Shown: one piece after another, positions 26,643 to 39,710 of the stretch
How positions within the stretch are numbered: position 1 is the first letter of the stretch
Layout: each line of letters begins with the position of its first letter
Source of the DNA: Tubulanus polymorphus
Taxonomy: Eukaryota; Animalia; Nemertea
NCBI RefSeq assembly: GCF_964204645.1
Contig: NC_134035.1
Span: 1,550,001-1,614,000 of the forward strand
Length of the DNA stretch: 64,000 bases
Direction: 5' to 3'
Translations under genes and position numbers: made by a program
The notes under the pieces: model-generated
Database searches by the model: none
What the model was told of the DNA's origin: nothing
The model's input: only the letters and a program-made list of their open reading frames with translations

Positions 26643-27573
26643 CTAAGATATCTTTTAAGATAAACTTTCTCTACAAATCTACTGTTTTATTTGTTTGGTT
26701 TTTTATTTGTTAACTATACGGAGATTTATATCAGTTCACTACAGTTTTAGTATTTGTTAATTCTTTTTCGTACTGTACGCGATGTTGTACACCCAAATAT
26801 TTCTGGTAAAAAAATTAGTAGAACAACTTCATTCTTAATTGGTCGAAGTCGTTTTCAATCGTATGTTTGCTGATAACGAAAATATCTTATTCAGTTTTAT
26901 TTAGTTCAAATCCGACACTCGAGATTAATGGTTTTTCTACGAGTAAAAACATTGCAACCAACAAACTTTAAGGGGGAGATACCGATAAAAACGTTTTTGC
27001 ATTTTCCATCGGATCAAACCTGATGAATTTGTTAAATTCCTGATTCTTTAAACGGTATCTTCAATACAAAATCCACTGTATCAACATTCATTCTGTAGCC
27101 ACCCGGGTTAGACTAACCACGACCTTCTCAGTTAGGGTATCACAAAGTCGAAAAACGTGAAATATCGAAACGTTAAAATTCATTAAGAATCCGAATTTTC
27201 GGTTTCCAGCTAAAAACCAAATTTGAAGGATTCCTTAGAAATGGTTTTTGATTCTTGCTATTGTTTGCTGCACATAAATGTTTCGATTTGTAACAACGAT
27301 TTTTATTGTAATTGATTCAAAACTGTACCGAAAAATCAAGATAAGGGGAGAAGAAGTTGATATGAAACCAGCATCAAGCGAGGAACGCGGTTGTGCATCG
27401 AGAAAGGCGAAATTAGATTACGGTATACGCATTTTTTTTTTAGGTAGATACCGCAAGAGGAAAACCGTTCTACTGTACATCATTAGGCCGCCAGAATAGA
27501 TTATCCGCGCGGATTTTTGCAAATTCCGACTTGCGAGAGTTTATTTGAGACGTTGTATAGCGTTAGGTCCCTG

Positions 27574-27719
27574 GGGCCAGTTGCACAGTCGTGACTTAAG
27601 TCCAAAAGTATAGTCTTAAATCTTCGGACTGGTCTTAAGTTGTTAGATTGGCTATAGACTATTGACTAAGTTGGTCTTAGACTGGTCTTAAGTCTAAGCC
27701 ATGACTATGCAACCGGCAC
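27574..27719. mobile_element. PIF/Harbinger-like MITE family (related copies at about 15167-15275, 33098-33222, 38241-38346, 55850-55950, 59830-59940)
   Basis: CTG|GGGCCAGTTGCACAGTC...GACTATGCAACCGGCAC|CTG, 3-bp TSD; shared GGNCCAGTT(T/C)CAC termini in the other copies. Confidence 0.7.
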
Positions 27720-28035
27720 CTGCAATTTAGTTTTGACTATTTCTACGTAGGCAGGCAGGGATAGATATAGAGACAATAGAACGAAACAATTCTAAGCTTA
27801 TTGTATTTCCGACAGACCTCCCGCTGAGTTATCCAAACACTTAAGTATAGGTTTCAACTATCTTTATATCTATTAAAAAATAACATGATCAGAACACCTG
27901 AGGGGCGCAGATCCAGGGACGTGCGAACCGTTTAAAACTTTCAAATAGAAAATTCAGAAATTCATTGCTAGCTAAATTTCATTCCCGTAGGTATTATACA
28001 CAGACTAAAATTGCTAACGCTCAACGCAGACGATG

Positions 28036-28170
28036 CTGGGAAACAGGGAAATACAGAATCAAACATGTTTGATATCGGGGAAAAATTGTTTCGCGAAACC
28101 ATGTTTCTTGTAAACAAACATGATGCAGGGAAACGCTCGGAAACATATTTCTTTCTCTGTTTCCATGGGT
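28036..28170. repeat. Interspersed repeat, second copy at about 41770-41890
   Basis: GCTGGGAAAC..GAATCAAAC.TGTTTGAT..TGTTTCTTGTAAAC..CAGGGAAACGCTCGGAAA present at both sites. Confidence 0.65.
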
Positions 28171-30703
28171 CGTGGGGCCTGCGAATGCTTGTCGCGTGGA
28201 ATTTTCAAAACATCCTTGCCAAAGAGGAACTGGTTACTCGCCCGGTCGGTTTTATCATAATGCCCTCTTACAGTTGTAGCCCCAACACCCTAGAGTTCCA
28301 TGTAGAATGTATTTCTATCGTTGAGCTCTTTCTATTATTAATGAGTTGCTTAATCGCGAGAATAGATAAGCCGGTAATTCAGAGAGTCAGATAATTATTC
28401 GTTCACGGAAAACACCATTCCATTACAACACCGGAAAAAACGGAGCATTCCTTCCGTCGGTTCGTGCAAGAATTCTCGTGTACTTGAACAGCCCACAGAA
28501 CCGCGTCAACACCGTAACAATAACGTGACCTTTTGTCGTACATGCCAAACTGGTTCGTAACAGAACAATCATAATCCGTCGTATTTGGTCAATCTATAGA
28601 TTGCGCATGAGTGGTCACTGGGAGGTTTGTTCGCCGTCTCGACCTGTGCACGATCTCACAGATTGGGTCACATAACATGATATCACTCAGTGATAGAGGT
28701 GCCACGACCTCATTTTTGACTGGGGTTACGGAAAACACCATTCCGTTTTACAGTTGATGAAAATCCATGGCATTTAGGAAATGGTAATCTTTACGGGACG
28801 CTCCATAGCATACGCCATTCCATAACATATTATGTAAGAAGCCGCTACCTGAAATCCGGTTCCCGATAATACATGCACCCCAACATATATCTTATACCGT
28901 TGATATACAAGTAACATCAGTGCCTGCGTGGTCACCGAAATGTCAGGTTTCAGAGAGCAAAAGAAAAGGTTTCAAATTTAAGAACAACAACACGGCATAA
29001 AAAACGAAGAATAAACACGGGTTGATACACGGTATTTGCTTCTTTAGACTAAACAGCTTCTATCGCTATCACGATCAAAGAGCAGCGCACTTTTACCCGT
29101 ACGATTCACAGGTTCGAAAGGTTCACCCTCAGACTACTGTGTACGTCCATAATTTCCTCAGACGACTACTGTGTGGTTCCATAGTTTCAACAGGCGCGGG
29201 CGGGGCAAAGGAAAATTGGTCCTGACAATTTGCAATTCGATGAACGATGGAAAACTATGGAAACCCACGGTGCACCATCGTCCGTGTAGTAAAGTCTGAA
29301 GGGATCTATTTACAGAGATCTCGTTAATCAACCGTCTTGTTGCAGACGGCGCGATATTGTTTCTACGCTTCTCGACAACAGTATACATAACCTGTACGAT
29401 AAAACTGTCCAAATTCATAGCGAGACGACAGGTATATTGTTGTTTCCGTTACATATCGAATAAATCATTACTGAAAGATTTATGTATTTTTAATTTTCTT
29501 AGGGCCCCAAAGAATGCGAACTTTTCGTGTTTTTTTTTTTCTTCTTCATTGTCTAAAGACTCGTAGAGTAAACCGTAAACTCATTCGTATAGTAACAACC
29601 ATAGAAATTAGAGAATAATGACGGGCAAAACATTTTCAGATTTGAGCTGTAAGTTACAAAGCAGTTGGTTTCAAAATCTTTGTTTTTATCAACCAGCGTT
29701 AGAAAATATAAGTAATAAGTTATCATTAATTCTTTTGATTTTACTGGGTTCATTAGTTCGCTTATTTACAAATACTTACAAATATTTACTCTTTAACATT
29801 TAAACTGATTTTTATGGTGTGTTTATTAAATTCGTATTACGTTCATTTATGTCTTGACGCGCGCGCAACGAATACACCTTAACTTCGTAACAGCGAACTT
29901 CAGAAGAGCAGGAAATCTGTTTGTTCAAACCGACAGTTTATTTCATCTAGTATGAAATAATTAATAATCGAATTATTCACTTCCTAGCTCGCAACAAGCT
30001 GTAACAAGGACCTTTTTTTTATCAAGGAGACCTGCATAGCAAAATAATTTTAAAATGATAAGAATGTACTGTATTTCGTCCTTAGCGAATTAAAGTAAAT
30101 TTTGTTTGTGAATCGTGTGTGTGTTATTGCAAAAGAAGCTGATTTGAAAGCACTATAAGTACCGATCACAAATAGCGATAGATTGAGTCAATCAGACGCT
30201 TCTTACAGGGATCGTGAACTTTACTATCTATTTCCGTATCGACCTTCTGCGTCTGCGGTTTAACGGCCATTTCATAGCATTGTTTGGCTCCCCGCCCCAT
30301 TTTAAAATAATGTGAAGGCCCGCGACTAAATTCTATTTGAGCATAGCGAATCATCGATTTGTTAATCGTGCTCCTGAGAATCGTTTTGACGTCTGATTTA
30401 AACAGAAATTTTGTTATTTGGTACGAAAATTCGACTCAGAATTTAAGGCATGAAAATTTATGGGATTAAGCATCTATACATGCATATCATAAAAGACTAT
30501 ATATACCACCGATCCCGATCCCGAGATTGGAAAATCATGTTTTTGAATCTTCTATTCGTTAGATAAAACGACGATATTATTAAACTACGCTTTTTTTAAG
30601 TAAACGGATAAAATTCAAAAAATTTATCAACATTAAAATCGGCATTACCCAAACCGTTTAGCTATTGTTGGTCAACGCGAATTTTATTCGTGGTCATACT
30701 CAC

Positions 30704-30860
30704 CTAATATCTAACGGCTACAAAACGTGTACAAATTGATTCCCGTAATCGTAAAATCCTGCAGTGCGACAAAACGAGAGACCACCAACCAGGCGATGCT
30801 GCTTCTTCCCTGGTGAAGAACGTGGACTGAAGAACAGAGAATGGTGCGCCAAAACCACGC
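30704..30860 (-). other. Candidate non-coding first exon (5' UTR) of the twitchin gene; upstream end approximate
   Basis: Consensus donor TAG|GTGAGT at 30704 in a CpG-richer segment. The first coding exon starts with an acceptor upstream of its ATG, so an upstream exon is required. Confidence 0.5.
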
Positions 30861-33166
30861 GCGCGCACCTTACAGCCCGATTACAACAACACACCTTATC
30901 TCATCCAGGTTCACAGACACACAGACAGACAGGAATTACACATAGATTAACATTGAATATCGAGACGTAACGTTACTCTCTCGTGTTACCGGTGACTTTC
31001 TAACGAAATCCCGGCGCGGGCAAATTCGAAAATGTTTAAGCTACGCCTTGCAGTCTTTTGTTTTTCTTATCTTACTTAGAATATGGATTGTCCCTGTTAT
31101 TTATATTTAGTTGCTAAATTTCGTTTGATTTTTTATTGAGCCTCCCTTACAAACAAACCAGTAACACCTGCCGGGATCGAGTCATGGGGTTTGATTTTGA
31201 AATCGTAAATCGAAGTACAGATATAGTTGTGCATGTGATCGGCGGTCGAATTTACAGCATTTTTTGTGTTTATTTCGAAGAAGATAATTGGGAAATTCGG
31301 CCCAGATAGTTATTTTAGATAAGCTTCTGGTGCAACCCCAGTTGCTTGATTTTTTTTTATCCGAGACCAAGCCAAGCGTCCACTTCACGGGGTTCCCTGG
31401 GTTTAAATCTACGAAACAGTTTCCACCCAATGAGCAGTTCAGTACTAACTTCAGATACCTTGTTTAACCATTTTGCAAAGTTTTGTACGGGCATTTTCAA
31501 CTTGAAGAGATTTACCAGGAACCATTTCCACAGTTGCCTCTGGTATAAGAGTCGAATATTTCAAACAGATCCAGGGCTTCCGCGGATATAACTCCGCCTC
31601 GGCGCTGAATAAAATAGAACGCCGATGGTGCATCAGACGTGTTCTATCGAAACATTCTATTGCTCGGAAAATTGATTTGAAAACGATCGGAATTCCTCCC
31701 TGTAGCTTGTAGACCGTGATGTGGTACGCTAGCAATGTTTACTTACAATCCTTCGCTGATGATGTGTTCACAGTTTCTCAGTTCGCGAGAGCAGAACTCT
31801 CTTTTCCGTCCGTGTTTTTGTACGGAATGAAATATGGGAGTCTATTATATAGTTTTTCGAAAAATGTCGTTATCTTTTATTCTGAACGGCTTTTACGGTA
31901 TATAATTTGAACAATTTAATTCAATTTAATCGCATATAATAAAAACCTACATTTACAATACTGAACTGCTTAAAAAGGAACCAGAGAAATGTCCGTCAAG
32001 ATTTTTTTTATCAAGGCACATCGAAATTTGATCCGCTCTGTTCGAAGTCCGTATGGGAGCGCGGTCCGTCAGAATAGAATTTTGTGATATGTACCGATGT
32101 TTCCGCCTGTCCTAAAAAGCCTGACTTTAAACACAATACTCTGTTGTTGTTTGTAATAGAGCAAGGTCCGACAAAATAGAAGTCCTATCAAAATATCGGA
32201 CTTGTTGTCGTACGGAGGCCTAAAAACTTTTCAAAAATAATTCTTCCGTAGAGCCCTGTGGTCGATACTATGATTCTGAGTCACCCAGGTGACTGATAGG
32301 ACCCAACTGATACCGGGTAATTTGCAAACTAGCAAATGTCATGTCCCTTCAGCGCTTCCATGAAAAAAGTTTCATAATGACCAAGCCCTGGCACGCGAGG
32401 CTCTGGCAAGTGAGGATATTCAATTAACTAATTATTATATTTAAGTAAAATAATATTTGCAAATAAACTGATGTTTTATAATTTGTTTAACATGTTTCAA
32501 AACGCATTGATGTAAAATTGATGATCCGTATATTTTCTTGATAGAAAAACCAGCGCTATGACGTGGTTCATTTTGTCTGTAATCCGCTAGGTGGCATATC
32601 GGTTGATTGTGATTTGAGCGGGATTTTATCACACCGCGTGTCGGCCGCATTGACTGGCCGCGTGTTCGTTAAGATAATCCAGATTTCCATAACCAAAATA
32701 TGATACCTTTCAGCGACAGGAACTGGAATAAAGATAGGCCCTCTCTCTGCAATAATAAATAGAAAAAGTAGAAACTGGCATCAAGCAGCCTTGAGTTGAA
32801 GTAACTTAGAGTATCACATCAGTATCACTATCAGCTGACGATTGATACCCAAAATTAAAAAAGCATAACGAACGGGGCAAGGAGTCCAAAAAATTTTTCC
32901 TTTGCCGCCTAGATTCATGTGTGGTTCCAGGAATTATTAGAGTGATTCTAGAACAAAATGACTGGCAATAATTTGCTAGTGTATGTATGAAAATTAAAAT
33001 CATAAGGTTAATTTTCAATGCCCTGTTTTAAAAACGTGTATTAACTAATTCGAATGAAAACTAAAAGTTGAACTCTGTTCATGAAACAGAGCTCAGCAGG
33101 GCCCAGTTTCACGAATAAGTTTAAGCCTAAAACAGTTTAGTTTGAATTGTTGTCCTCATCGAAAAC

Positions 33167-33664
33167 ATGAAGTAACCAAAATACACCAAAAATTTGAGTT
33201 AATTTTTTTTGTGAAACTGGGAGGCCCTGAACTGCTTCTTGTCTGTAACATACTTTATTGGCCTACATCAATCTATATTTCACAAAGATGCCGTTTAAAA
33301 CGTGAGAAATCCCACAATAAATTCAGCCAAAAATGAAAACTTCTATATTGAAATGATAAATATTTCGAGCAATGTTTCGTCTAAATACTAGCAATCATCA
33401 GGCGTAGCCATCATCAGGTCGCCTGATGATAAGAGGCTTATAGTATTTAGCCGAAACGTTGCTTGAAATATTGATCATTTCAATATAGAAGTTTTCATTT
33501 TTGGCTGAATTTATTGTGGGATTTCTCACGTTTTAAACGGCATCTTAGTGAAATATAGATTGATGTAGGCCAATAAAGTATGTTACAGACAAGAAGCAGT
33601 TCAGGGCCTCCCAGTTTCACAAAAAAAATTAACTCAAATTTTTGGTGTATTTTGGTTACTTCAT
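33167..33664. mobile_element. Long palindrome (224-bp arms) centred on hammerhead-ribozyme cores; Penelope-like element remnant
   Basis: Arms 33167-33390 and 33441-33664 are near-perfect reverse complements. The centre has three CCTGATGAT cores; the plus strand reads CTGATGA..GGCT-loop-AGCC-GAAAC-GTT. Confidence 0.75.
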
Positions 33665-33899
33665 TTCTCGGATATTGTGTATCTTCTTGTCTCATGCCGT
33701 TAAAAGTTTCTTCCAATATTGTCTTCAACCCTGGATCCGCGTCTGCTACTGGTGTATATCTGATATCATTTAAAATTTTGACTTTCAGGCAACAGGGGAA
33801 ATTAAGACGTGCCAAGAAGAACTGCAGAGTTTTCGCGATGATGAACTCTTCTCCTCAGTTGCGCTGTGCTCTTCGTGCGTGCGTGTATATATGTATATA

Positions 33900-34195
33900 T
33901 GTGTCACTGGTGTACTGAACACTCGTGTATATAGTGTAGTATAGTGTAGCATCTGTTCACAGCTCGGCGCGATTTATCTTCTTTTTTGTCTTCAGGATTT
34001 CGCAGAGCTCGCAGCAGCGATCTATTGTTGTAGTCGTCGTTATGGAGAAGGAGAATATCGTTTTCTATTCTGCCGCGGTTATTCGAATCGCCGTTAAAAT
34101 GGAATTAACGTCGCGGTGAATCTAATCAATTAATGCAGTCAGCGGATAATCATCGTCTTAGAATCGACCGAACTAGATTCGCTATCTAATTATTG
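33900..34195 (+). other. Candidate non-coding first exon (5' UTR) of the RasGEF gene; start approximate
   Basis: CpG-richer segment ending in TTG|GTAAGT; the ATG-bearing exon at 43079 begins with an acceptor, so an upstream exon is required. Confidence 0.5.
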
Positions 34196-35321
34196 GTAAG
34201 TAACTGTTATGTACTTGTTGTAATTATTGTGGATTTCTAACTATGAGGCATTCAGCGATTGTCTTCAGTGAATTTCGATCGAGTTTTTGAATTTTGATCT
34301 AAGTGTTGGAATCTTGCATTGAGTTTTCGGGGGTGGATCTAGGAATTCTTCAAAAGGGTGCAGAAAAAAGGGCAATTTTCCTTCATAGCCGGCGCTGTGT
34401 GTTGAAATTTTGAAAATCTGGACTTATTTTAGTGACTTTTCAGGGCATCTGTTTGCATTATGCGTGTTATGGCAACTTAGAAACTATGAATGTATTGATG
34501 AAACAAACGTTAAAAAATTGGGGCCAGAAAAAAAAGTTACGGGTAATTTCAATATGATCAATGAATGTCTTTAAATTTTCATCAAACTCTTTCAATTTTG
34601 AGAAATCTCTTCTGATATTTTGGAACGGTGCGAAGTCTTTGAATTTCGAAATTGTTCGGTTTACTCCAATCTCGAATTTATACCGACGACATTATTAAAT
34701 TTCAAAAGACGTTCGTCGTGTTTGATGTTTATATCGAATTGCTGATTAAATCGCAATCGGCGCCGATTGCGAAGAAACCGTATTAAGTAATTCTTTTTCG
34801 CCGAAACGCGTATCAAGCAACGATGACTTTGAAGTACGTATATATATCATTACCACGGAAACGAATTGATTCCGGTAAGCGAGCATTTCTTTATCGAGTT
34901 TTAGATCGCGCAATAATCGCTGCATAACTATTATACGTATAATAAAAAAAATAGGGTCAACTTGCGGGTAGAGTTTTTTATAGGTTGTTGGTTAAGTGGT
35001 TGTCGTTTAGATTGCCGGTGATAGGGCCGGTAATTACAGGAAATTACACGCTGTTTCAATGTCCTACAACGTAATTAATGCAAACACATTAAGGTTGTTC
35101 TCTTATTACAAGTCTCTGATTATCAATATATAGATACATTAGATTATCATCATTATCATTATCTATGACTTGTTAATATCATATTATTAAGATTATTGGC
35201 GTCACTAATATTATATCGATAATATGTTATTGATAATGATAATCGTATGTATTTGTATATATTTCTCTGATTATCAGTATAAAGATACATTAGATTATTT
35301 TCATTATCTATGACGTGTTAA

Positions 35322-35611
35322 CCCTTTCAGTGCTGACTAATATTAATACCCTATAGTGCTGGAGAAAATTTGAAAATTCTAAAAAATTCCACCCTAGTGT
35401 GTTGAACAATGGGAATACCACTATAGTGCGTCTACACCGCAGTGCGGTGTATCGTTAGTTACTAGTATTTCACTATGTTTGACACTTTCTGCCATTTTTC
35501 AATAGAGATAATTACAAATTACTAATTACATCAATACACCGCAGTGCGGTGTACTAGCAAAATCCATCACTGATTTATACACCGCACTGCAGTGTAGACG
35601 CACTGAAAGGG
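35322..35611. mobile_element. piggyBac-type MITE
   Basis: TTAA|CCCTTTCAGTGC...GCACTGAAAGGG|TTAA; internal ACACCGCA(G/C)TGC(G/A)GTGT palindromes. Confidence 0.85.
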
Positions 35612-37231
35612 TTAATATCATATTATTAAGATTATTATTATTGATGACGTTATTAACATCATATTGATAATACGTTATTGATAATCTTATGTATTTGCTT
35701 ATTCCTGATCATCTTGGATCTAAAAATATCTATTCTTTATAGTTCAGTTTTAGGAAGACTAAAACTCCGGAAGTCCAATTTAGAAACTAAAGAGGACAAA
35801 ATAGCAGGCCTTAGACAATTTTGGTTCTATCGTCAATCTCACTACTTAAGATCAGTCGTAAGACCGCGACTTAACCACTCGGTCCAGAAATTCTGTCTGG
35901 TTACTGGCATGGATTTCTTGTAAGTCATCTTAAATCTTTCACTGCTCTTATCAATCCAGGGGTCAGTAGCATATTCAAGGCTTAGATTAGACCAAGAAGA
36001 CCATTTTTGTACTCGATGATGTTACCACTAGATTTATCAGGTGCCGTCTTTGACTGGAGCTAAAAGAATCGAAAGGTCATATACATGCTGAGAAAAAAGT
36101 TAAGTATCCCCACAGCCAAAACAAGGGTCTGGAAAATATTGTAATTTCGGTGCATTTTTTATACAATTTCCAGGCACTTGAGGGAGCAGTTGCGGAAAAA
36201 GTGTCCTGAAAAATATTGCCATTGTATTATCAGAAGGGCATGAGAAAATTACGATGGGAGCACATGCTCTTTGTCTGGCTCCTGATAATAGCTCCAAAAA
36301 CGGCTTTTGATTTTCGTTTGTACATTTTAGTATAGGCCCTTACGGTGCGTGTGTTCAGGCATATAGAACGATAGGTGGATGCGAGAGCGAAAAAATGAGA
36401 TCCTTACTACTTTTAAACAGCTGTACACAGAACCGATCGATTCTAGATCGGCCATGAGAACAACAATACAGGACGCGTGTACAATAAATTTAAAAAGCTA
36501 TTCAAATAGTCAGTCGTCGTCCGTGTAAATGAAACATGAATTTTATCTATCTACGCGCTAGGCTACGCGGTGAGTGTAAAACATTCTGAATTAGGACAAA
36601 TCCATCGTTAATATGAGATGATGCTCATACAACGATGGTTTATGGTTGACGATGACACACAACTAGCTTCGGTAGTTTAACTCTTTTTGAGTCAACATCT
36701 AGTATGAAGGTAGTCGTGAATTAGGCCCGATCCATTCTGAATATGAATTCTGTCGTCCCTGCCCGGTAGTATACCGGTTGTTGACCCGCCCGCTGGGAAC
36801 TTATTAAAGGCAAATGATGGGAAGTGTTTCATGACGCATCAACCTTTGATAAGTTTTCTAATAGCGGTCTGATATTGAAAGGGTTAACAGTAGACGTGTG
36901 GAACTGGACCGTCGAGATATTTCGGGGTAGGTGAGCAGCGGAATGTTTGTAAATTCTATAGTTGTTGATAGTTGTTTTAAGATCAGAAGCGCCAAGTGTG
37001 ATGGATTGATTCACGGAGCGGTTTTTTTGCCGTGTTGTGTAATTTACTCGTTGAGAACTATTTGATTATTTTACACGTGTTACTCTTTGAGTACTGTTTG
37101 AATACTCGAGTACTATGCATTTTTCAGATAAAACTGTTAAACTGTATAGTGTTTGCTCAAAATCATGTAGGTTCTTTTAGCAAAGCTCTTCCAAATTTCT
37201 TGTACGGACCCTACTGATTTGATTTGCTTGG

Positions 37232-37497
37232 TGTTACTGAGGGTCTTACCCACTTGATTACTGATTAATTTGAACAGAAATATGAAAGATGTTACTGAGG
37301 GTCTTACTGTTGATTACTGATTAATTTGAACAGAAATATGAAAGATGTTACTGAGGGTCTTACCGTTGATTACTGATTAATTTGAACAGAAATATGAAAG
37401 ATGTTACTGAGGGTCTTACCGTTGATTACTGATTAATTTGAACAGGAATATGAAAGATGTTACTGAGGGTCTTACCGTTGATTACTGATTAATTTGA
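37232..37497. repeat. Tandem repeat, 56-bp unit, about 4.7 copies
   Basis: TGTTACTGAGGGTCTTACCGTTGATTACTGATTAATTTGAACAGAAATATGAAAGA repeated with no variable spacers. Confidence 0.92.
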
Positions 37498-38745
37498 GGG
37501 ATATTTTCTTCAATGGGCATTATTTCACAGTTATATCCACAATGAAACCTGTTAAGTGATGATTGCACTCGAGTACCTGTGTTATACACTGAACAGGGGG
37601 TTCCAACTTTGATGTCTTGAATATAGGATTAATGTAACAGGAAAGTCATCAGTGCCGTGCTGCGCGTTTTCTGTATGATGTTGCTTTCAGCGAATATCTC
37701 GTGATTCTAATGACATTATACATTATACTCTAGTTCTTCTTTGATCTTGATCGTAATATCAACGCAGCTGCACTCAGCTGCACAGAGATGTATGTACCTG
37801 TTTAGAAGCTATATTTCAGGTTCTTTATCCTTTCTTTCGAAGGCTGCGCGTAACTCAATCCATATCGAAGCGAATAGATTCAGAGGTCGATGTACGTTCT
37901 CAGTTATAGATGTTGATAAAAACGATATGTCATCAATTGGGAACTATGATTTCTAAAATGTTCTAAACATACTGAAGCCAATTCCGCCATTCTTGATTAA
38001 AACTTGAAATCGAAAAACCAAAATCCACAATCGAGACCACATTTTTACAGTTCTGGTTAAGATTTCACTACGAAGATGAAACATCGGAAATTAACTAATT
38101 TTAATTCTAAACAATAACCGCACTATAGAGGCCTGTTTTTTACGTCGTAGAAACCAATCATTCAAATCTGGAGATTTAGGGGTGCACATACTTCTTCCAG
38201 TGGCTCAGCCAGTGGGTTAACTCAAATTGAGTTGAGCCCCAGGATCGAGTTTCAAGAAAAGGATTAAGGCCTAAATCGATATAAGATTGAATTAATGAAG
38301 AAATTAAGTCGATTTAAGAGATAAACCTTTTTGTGAAACTGGGCCCAGGTTTTAACTGGGTTCGATACGTGCTCATTTTTCGAACATGTATCTTCTCATA
38401 GTTTCCTCAGGTGTTAAGTTAGCTCGATTGTCTCTATTCAAGTCGTCATATACTCAATGTTTAGATTTATCGCCTGACGTTTGTTTATTTTCACTCGTAA
38501 AACACACAAATCTTCGTCGTCTGGTAAAATTTTTCATTGAACTAAGAACGAATTTCTTCAGTGACAAATTCACCGTTGTATTGACGTGTCTGAAACTGGT
38601 TTCTGTTGTACATGAGTACAGGATATATAGAGTAACGTTTTACCATAAATGTAAGTTTTAGATATTCTGTATTTTGTGAGAAGCTAGTAAGCCGAGGGTC
38701 GGGGGGTCAGGTTTTTAGATAAGTCAACAGATTTAACTCAAACGG

Positions 38746-39015
38746 ATGGGCGTCACACCTGGAAATCAGGGAAAAGTCAGGGAATTTTTTTCACTTTAAA
38801 AGAAGTCAGGCAATAGTTAGGGATTTTTGTGAAAAAGCTAAAAGCGGAGGTCAGGCAAATTTGGTGAGAAAGTCGCCCATAAAATCAAACAGTTTCCGTC
38901 TATGTCTCACGTATTTGACTGTGTTAATTTCTTATAGTAGATCAAGTCAGGGAAAAAACCCACATGTATATCAGGGAATAGTCATAAAGCAAGTCGAATG
39001 AAAGTGGCCACCCTG
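38746..39015. mobile_element. hAT-like MITE family with CAGGGTGGCCAC terminus (copies at about 3774-4030, 21492-21608, 44548-44810, 52328-52570)
   Basis: Shared TCAGGGAA subterminal repeats and an internal AAATCAAACAGTTTCCGTCTATGTCT block; superfamily inferred only from the CAGGG terminus. Confidence 0.6.
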
Positions 39016-39375
39016 TTGAAGTATACAGTTTAATTCAGCTATTCATGGTCAGTTGAGGTGACCCCCCTATATTTTAGACTATGTAGATAGTTATATTTTA
39101 TCGTATGAATAATGTCGACTTCGTTTTAAATAGAATTCGATTTTAATGTTTATGAATATACATGGTAAAAGAGGCTATTTTCGTTTTTAGAATTATTATC
39201 GATTTAAGCGAATGCGATGGGAACTTGTTGCCTGCAGACGCAAACTGATTTATAAATTAGATCCCCTGAGAGAGCTTGCGACATGTCTCTTCATCGTCGT
39301 GTAATTCATTTCCATCAGACAGCTTTTGTCTCTGTCGTGCGGTCTTCTATCGGTGCTTGTTAACACTTTCCTTCA

Positions 39376-39710
39376 TCTACCTCAGATCATCTCTTCCAAT
39401 CCTCCAAGCCTATCTGCCTCAGTTCATCTCCTCCAATCCTCCAAGCGTATCTGCCTCAGTTCATCTCCAATCCTCCAAGCCTATCTGCCTCAGTTCATCT
39501 CCAATCCTCCAAGCCTATCTACCTCAGTTCATCTCTTCCAATCCTCCAAGCCTATCTACCTCAGTTCATCTGATCCAATCCTCCAAGCCTATCTGCCTCA
39601 GTTCATCTCCTCCAATCCTCCAAGCCTATCTACCTCAGATCATCTGTTCCAATCCTCCAAGCCTATCTGCCTCAGTTCATCTGATCCAATCCTCCAAGCG
39701 TATCTGCCTC
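39376..39710. repeat. Minisatellite, 35-40-bp unit, followed by a CT-rich tract to about 39900
   Basis: CT(A/G)CCTCAGTTCATCT(CT/GA)TCCAATCCTCCAAGCCTAT about 9 times; explains the overlapping ORFs at 39276-39964. Confidence 0.92.

Noticed and set aside
31180-31740. Possible decayed transposon coding fragment
   Set aside because: Short ORFs in several frames with no recognisable transposase or RT motif.
33142-33815. Two near-identical ORFs on opposite strands
   Set aside because: They are the two arms of the palindrome; no coding signature.
37232-37497. Regularly spaced repeats resembling a CRISPR array (also 14158-14279 and 39376-39710)
   Set aside because: Units are head-to-tail with no unique spacers, there are no cas genes, and the context is eukaryotic.
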